Below, piece after piece: positions 57,500 to 64,000 of a stretch of 64,000 nucleotides of DNA (within the stretch, counting starts at the first letter, position 1; each line of letters starts with the position of its first letter). The stretch is from Azolla caroliniana (lineage: Eukaryota; Plantae; Polypodiophyta), in NCBI GenBank assembly GCA_043228905.1, contig JBHGNT010000012.1, forward strand, positions 13,950,001 to 14,014,000, in the 5' to 3' direction. The position numbers and the translations under genes were made by a program. The notes under the pieces were generated by a model. It did not search any database. It was not told the origin of the DNA and saw only the letters and a list, made by a program, of their open reading frames with translations.

Positions 57500-59264
57500 A
57501 TGTAAGTCTACAAAACCTATTATATAGAATGTTACACTAGACCTCGCCTTTAAGGAACTTAAGGCCCAGGTGTGCAAGGCTCCTTCGCTTCTTTTACCAG
57601 ATCCTTCAAAACATTTTCAGGTTGAAACCAACGCAAGTGATTATGCTACAAGTGTCGTCCTATATCAAGATGGTAAACCAATAGCATTTGAGAGTAAAAA
57701 ACTTGATTCTGCTCAAAGTTAGTATACCGTGCAAGAAATGGAATTATTTGCAGTTATTCATGCATTAAAGTCATGGCGCCATTATCTTTATGGAAATCGT
57801 TTTGTGGTAACTACGGACCACGAGTCCTTGAAATATTTTTGTGACCAACAAGATCTGAAGGGTCGTAAGGCACAATCAGCAGATCTCGCCCAGGACTTTG
57901 ATTTTTCCATACAATATCGTAAAGGTTCCATGAGTACTGTCGTTAATGCACTAAGTCGCATCCAAAAAGTTAACATGCTTAACTTTACTGAAATAACATC
58001 AAATCTTTATTATCACCTTCAAGGAAAGTATCCTAAAGATAATTATTTTGGAAAATATTGGGCAAGATAACAGCTCCTAGATTGGCTTACGTTGGTGCAA
58101 AACCAACAAAATTGGAATGTTATCTCCCAATTTTGGATTTTACTTATAACAGCTCCAAACATACATCGACGGGATATAGTCCTTTTATGTTGATATATGT
58201 ATGGTTTTCAGCCACGAGCCACGATTGATGTTAATATACATCATGATGAATTGCGAAGTACACAAAACTTTCTTCAAGATATGCAAGATATGTTGTATAT
58301 TGCACGAGATAATATGATCATAATAGGCCGATCATAATAGGCAACCTCGTGTATTCAACCCTAGACAGAAGGTATTTTTACATGTACCTCACAAATCTAA
58401 GACATTGGCTATGGGTAAGTGCGTTAAGTTAGCCTCACGGTTTTGTGGACCTTTTACAATCCTCAAACGCATTGGTTCATCAGCTTATCATCTTGCTCTT
58501 CCTGATGGCGTTGAAATTCATCCAGTTTTTCATGTAAGTCATCTAAAAGAACTTCTTGGTTCTTGCAACAATATAGTCACAATTGAAACTCTGATTACTT
58601 CTTAAGAATTAACTTCTAAACCGCATGTACTAGAGAGAATTCTCAATGTTAAAATGAAAAAATTGTGTTCTAAAATAATCCGAGAATTTAAAATTAAATG
58701 GACGGATAAGTCTATACAAGATGCTACATGGGAACAAGAAAATACTCTTAAAAACTAACTTACCTAACTTTTCATTGCAAGTGTGCAATGTTTTAAAGAG
58801 GGGGAGTATGTTACGGGCATTACCACATAATATTCTATGGTAACATTGTACCGTAGTATTCTATACACGTGGATAAAGCGTGAGGGTTAAACGAGAGTGT
58901 GAAGAAAGGGATGATTACTTTTAATCCTTGGGATTGAGACAACCCATTAAGGCTAAGTGTGAACTTGCCTAGGGACCTTAGGTCTAACTATAAATATGAG
59001 GCCGAGCTACCCTCATTTGACACATGAACAACTACGTTGAGACTCTGTCCTCGTGGTGATCAACTCTTGAAGCGAGCACAGTAGTACTAGGTACGACTCG
59101 ACGCCACGGCGGTGGTATGGGACGTCGATCGAGGCTCAAGTCCATCTCAATCCCTTCGCTGAGGGGTGGTCGAGTGGATTGGCACCCTTCTTTCTCTCTC
59201 TCCTCTCTATTTTCTAATAATATATTTCCTTATCTCATGCTTACATTGGGAACTAGCTCTAATG

Positions 59265-60457
59265 ATTACCTTATGTAGCACAAAGAAATGCTTGGATTGA
59301 TATCCTTTCCTTTAATAAGTGGTTTGATCAAGTGTTTGTACCTTTTGGTCATTCTCGAACTTATCGCAAAGTGTTTTTAATCCTTGATAATGCACCTAGT
59401 CATGCCGAAGCATTTGAGCATGATGCTATCAAAGTGATTTTTTTCCCAACAAATGTCACATCTTGGAAGCAACCAATGGATATAGGAATCATTGCAACTT
59501 TGAAAAGGAGGTACAAATATCATTTTATAAGAGAAATATTGGCATATCATAATAGTCCAGATTATGTTAAGATTCATTTGGAATATGTCGCTAAACTTAT
59601 GAGAAGAGGCTCTATTGGTCTAGCTTTTGGAAAGTTTGCACATTTCCTAGATGCTGCCAATCTCATTGTTACTGCTTGGAATGAGATCAAGCAAGAGACA
59701 ATTTTTAATTGCTATAGAAAGGTAGATATTATTCCATCATTTCGTGTTAATGATGTTGAAGTTAGTGAAATGGAATAGCAATGCATTGATGATCTTGTTG
59801 CTTTGTTATGTAACTACAGTTTGCTTGAAAATGCACATAATGTAGAAGAAATTCGAGATGAGATCATGGAATGTGTAAATGCAAATTCAAATGAATAAGA
59901 AAAACTTAATCAAAATCTCCTTGAAGAGATTGATGAAGTTATAACACAAGCTTCCAACACCAATGAACCACTTGCATATGATGAAAACATTTCAGATTCT
60001 GAGTTTGTTGAGATGCAAGACATGCATGGATGCTTAAAGGACGAAGATGTGATTATTCCTGAACTATTGAAACATATTGTTGATAGTGAACTCATGCTCA
60101 ATTCAATCATAATAACAAGTTATTTGAGGTCTAAAAAAGCAAAGCAAGCAAAATCATCTTTATTGGGTGTTCGTCGAATTATTCAAGAAGCAAATTATGT
60201 CATTGTTTCTAAGCGTATAGCTAAAAGTAGGCAAATGACCTTACATGATTTTGGTATGAAATAGAGAAAGACTTGCAAATCAGATTTTTGTTGGTCATTT
60301 TATTGTTTTCTAAATATTCGGAACAAATTTCAATTTGGTTTGATGTAATTTCATCATGAAACAATGTAATTTATTTTATTTGGATTTTGACCTCTAAAAA
60401 ATGCACTTAATAGAATGGTACACTTAAGTGGGCACGCACTTAACCGAATGTCTACTG
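59265..60457 (+). mobile_element. pogo/Tigger-like (DDE_1) DNA transposon, 3' half
   Basis: NAW, LILDNAPSH and FFPTNVTSWKQPMDIGII motifs; right end TCTACTG followed by TA; subterminal CACTTAA x3. Confidence 0.85.
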
Positions 60458-60459
60458 TA

Positions 60460-63400
60460 TGCATTCCTTGAACTATGAATTTTGTCAATAACTACTAAAG
60501 TTATGTGGAATGAACTCCCCAAGTTGCTTCCTAAACTCTAAGGCAAGCATAGCAACACATGTATCTTTATATACTTGCTTAATAGGCTTTCTAACTAGTC
60601 CCTTATTGCGAACCAAGTGATGCTTGCCACCATGTGGCACTCAGTCTCGTGCTGGATTATGAACCCTTCAGGCTTGCGCGCGGTTAAGGCTGCCATCAGG
60701 GGGTTTATATGGTCAGGAAAGGACAACCCGATGGTTGCCGCCAGAGTGTCATGGCATTGGTTAACACAACCGCGGGCCAAAGGGGGGCTTGGCCTCATAG
60801 ACCCCTTAATGCAAAGTCGAGCATTGCTAGCCAAAATGGTGGTTCGCTGCCTCCTGCCAGGTAAGGGGTGTTGGAAGGTTCTACTCCGCAATAGGTTGCA
60901 GGCAGGGACTCCCAAGTATGGTAGGCCTTGGCCCGACTCCTTAAATTGGTGTTGCACGAGCGGCATCCCACCCAAGATGGCTTGTCTTCCGGAGGAGAGG
61001 GTCACGAACTCCATCTTGCGGGCATGGTGTCACGTACGACATCATTTGGTCAAACACACGCCGGAGACACTAACCGAGTGGTCTAGACAACCATTATTTT
61101 GGAACCCTCAGGTGCGAACACGTGACAACATGATGTTAGGCCAGCTAAAGGGCCTAGCATGGGGAAAGCTGGTGCAAACAGGGCTTCACTCTTTAGATGA
61201 TTGGAGACACACGATGGCTTTAGGAGGAGCCCAGGAGGTTCCATTCCCTCCCCTCAAGGGAGCCATGAAAATGCGGAGATTGCTAGCTGAGGCAGTTGAT
61301 AGGGTTCTGATGGGGGAGGTGAGAGAAGATGCTTGGTTCAGTCTCTTTGATGAGGCTGGAAGGGTTAAGGCGCTGAAGGGCGTGAGCGGATCGGGAAGAG
61401 ACAGGATTTTTGGGGAGAGTCAGAGTAGGGGCTCTTGGCACCCTATCCGCGTGGTGGCTCAGGTTGGTAACATCTGGAAGACAGACCCGGATGTTGCTAA
61501 GGTGGAATCCCATTGGAAGTTATGGGTGTATGGTTGTCGTCCCCTCGTCGAACTAGAATGGGACCCAAGGGATTTCAAGTGGAAACATGATGGCAGATTT
61601 CACCATTTCTTCGAGTACAACACTAAACTAGGTCGAGCCTTTCAACTGCAGCTACACGACCCCCTATGCAATGGTCGGCGTACATTGGGCATCCCGGATG
61701 AGGTGCTCATTACCTTCTGGAAGGGTCTCTGGCGTCTCCACTTGCCGGAAAAGATAAAGTTTTTTTGGTGGCAAATCGGGCATAATGTGGTTCCAATTGG
61801 CGAATGGCTAGGTAAACGTGGCCGCCCGTTAGGCTGCCCACTTTGCCATTCACCTATTGAGACTCTGAGGCATTGTCTATGGGATTGCCCTCACGCTCAA
61901 AAGGTATGGGATAGGGTGACTCGCCTCCTTGCGGCATGTGAAGTGGAAGGAACAGCAGTGTGGAGTGTTGCGGCATGGCTTGATCATTCTGGTGATAGGT
62001 GAACGGATGCCTTCAATACGAATAGTTGGTGCTATGTATGCATGCAAGGAAAAATCTCCAAGATTCGATTTGAGAGAGGCTTGCAGTCCGCATCCCCTAG
62101 GTTCCCGGACATTTGGATGCTAATTGCAGGCTTCACCCTGTGGTACGTATGGAAAGCGCGTTGCCTAAAGGTCTTCTAGGATCTGGTGCAACCCCCGGAG
62201 GAAGTGATCATGGACATATGGTTTGCGCTTATTAGCTTCCTACGAGGGCAATTGGACGAGGTTTGCAGCCACTCCTCTGATGTGGATACTGCCCGTTTGC
62301 GTTTTTGGCAGAAATGGCGGAACACGCCTATGGTGACACTAGGAGGAAGTGGCCCGAGGTGGAACTACCAGCCCCCACGTTGGTTGTTTCCGGCTCACTT
62401 ACCACCCTCCCTCTATTGTCGGCCCCAAGAGTTGTCTCGTACTAGTCATCAGTACAGGGCATTGTTTTAGCTGTTGGTACTTACACTAAGTAGTTCGTCC
62501 GAAAGGCGTTGTAACTAGTCTCAATTTCTATGACTTGAGCGGAGGGGGATTCCCCGTTCTATGCTTAAGCCTCCTTGTACAATCTCTTTGTAATAATCTT
62601 ACCTAACTAATGGGAAAGTAGCTTCATTTTGGAAAGAAAAAAAAAAAAAAAAAACTAGTCCCTCGCCTATATTTTTTGTCACATACTCAAAAAAATCCAT
62701 TTCACAAATGGGAGTTTTCCACATCAAGCACAAGTTTACAAAATAATGGTTGTAGGCAAACCTTATATGTTCTTAAAAGACATGAAAGACTATCCCAATC
62801 AGATGATTGTTGCTTTACACAAACTAGATACCTCCATAACTCTGAAACTAATGCATTTGTCATATTTTGAGCATTACACAGATTATTCTCCCCATTTGTT
62901 TGACATACTACACATGTGCAATCACACTCATCCCCATGTATGCCCTTAGAATCAACATGCATGGTGTTCAATCCAAGCCTTAACAAGTCCATTTTAATTT
63001 GGTGCACACAACTCCATGTAATCCTCTCATTTAACTTTCTAAGAAAAAACGCTTTCAAACCTTGGAGCTTGCAAAATCCAATATTGATGCTTGGATGTTA
63101 TTATTTAAAGGTCATGAAGAAGTCAGCCTAAATCAACAAATATATAGTCAACATAAATCAAATTCTATAGTCAACAAATCAATATATAAAACCAAATAGA
63201 TTAAAAAGAGTCAATTACCTTTATCATCTCCAAGAAGTGTCTAAGGTGATTCTTTCAATTACCTTTACTTATTCCTTGTCTATACATATCCTTTTTATTT
63301 GGTGAAACACATTTGTTGTCTTCCAAAAAGAAATCCAATTTCTTAACAATCACGTGAGACAAGTCATCACTTCGTTGTCTATGGCCAAACCTCACCCAGT

Positions 63401-63900
63401 TAAATTATTTTAATTGTATATTTCTCCAATGCTTCCTCAAGTTTCTCCTTTGATTACCAAGGGCTAGTGGAACTTTTGTATTAACATTGTTCATTTTTGT
63501 TTTACCCCATATACAAACATGTGAAGTGTTGTTCTCTTTGCAACAAGTTTATCAACACCCTCTACCCCTTTCACGAAGTCTAAAGATGACATCATGGACT
63601 CTACAATCTCCTTCGAAACACTTTGATCCCTAAACCTTATATTCTCCATGTGTTCATTCAAATTTTGATGGTGTAATACTCTAGAAATAATATATCAACG
63701 ATTTGCCTTGTGAAATCTCTTTGTAGCCTCCAATAAGTAACGGACTATGTGAAGAACAACATGTATCTTGCTCTTTTCGGACATTAGTTTGGTACATTGG
63801 TCTATCAATAATCAAGACACGTCAATCTCATTTGTCGTACAAACATTCTACGTACTTAATATATACATTATGAATTTCCAGCCGTGCTCACACTTGTTGG
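60460..63900 (-). pseudogene. Degenerate Cys-rich DNA-transposase-like gene (possibly Sola-type), interrupted by the L1 and the pogo element
   Basis: RSDDLS...VSPNKKD...NHLRHFL (63230-63400); probable GT-AG intron ~63128-63216; GIHGDECDCTCVVC (62702-63058); LGEFIPHNF..*Q..FKEC (60460-60540). Superfamily assignment is from memory of motifs only. Confidence 0.5.
60604..62652 (+). mobile_element. 5'-truncated L1-like LINE with poly(A) tail and 11-bp TSD AACTAGTCCCT
   Basis: VSW...KGGLGL post-RT motif; zf-RVT CPLC...HCLWDC; poly(A) ~62633-62652; TSD at 60593-60603 and 62653-62663; two premature stops. Confidence 0.92.
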
Positions 63901-64000
63901 AAGACTAACAAAAACCTCGATTAGGGGAGGTAGAGACTTTGATTAAGGAGATGGATAATCCATAGTTGGAGTTATGTTATAAACTAGCAAAAATAATGAA

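Larger units (their letters stand above)
54530..59264 (+). mobile_element. Degenerate chromovirus (family E): RT, RNase H, deleted integrase, chromodomain, PPT, 3' LTR 58809-59264
   Basis: FLDDILVYS; ELFAVIHALKSWRHYL/TDHESL; FCGPF/IHPVFHVS; ERIL...KW...DATWE; PPT AAAGAGGGGGAG. Confidence 0.9.

Noticed and set aside
7899-59264. One giant element bounded by the two family E LTRs
   Set aside because: The 7899 LTR has its own TSD (CCATA) and no PBS, so it is an independent solo LTR.

Overview
A gene-free, heterochromatin-like pile-up of nested transposable elements from a plant genome; a bryophyte host is my inference from the element families, not something the sequence proves. No host protein gene, rRNA, functional tRNA or CRISPR array was found. 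Contents: (i) one intact, young, compact Tat-like Gypsy element with dual RNase H (9738-16738, TSD CCTAG); (ii) several copies and solo LTRs of a fungal/Ylt1-like Gypsy group ('family A': tRNA-Trp PBS, -1 frameshift between protease and RT, 4-bp TSDs all centred on CG); (iii) two copies of a non-chromovirus Gypsy ('family B') with a long extra 3' ORF and, where the polypurine tract should be, a tRNA-Arg 3'-end sequence, i.e. a second PBS on the opposite strand; (iv) two Copia families that insert into their own kin; (v) two chromovirus remnants; (vi) an RTE-like and an L1-like LINE; (vii) a pogo-like and a Cys-rich (possibly Sola-like) DNA transposon. Best candidates for new biology: the PPT-less, double-tRNA-site family B and the CpG-centred target choice of family A. 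All boundaries, TSDs and mismatch counts were read by eye; tRNA and clade assignments come from recalled consensus sequences and need database confirmation.
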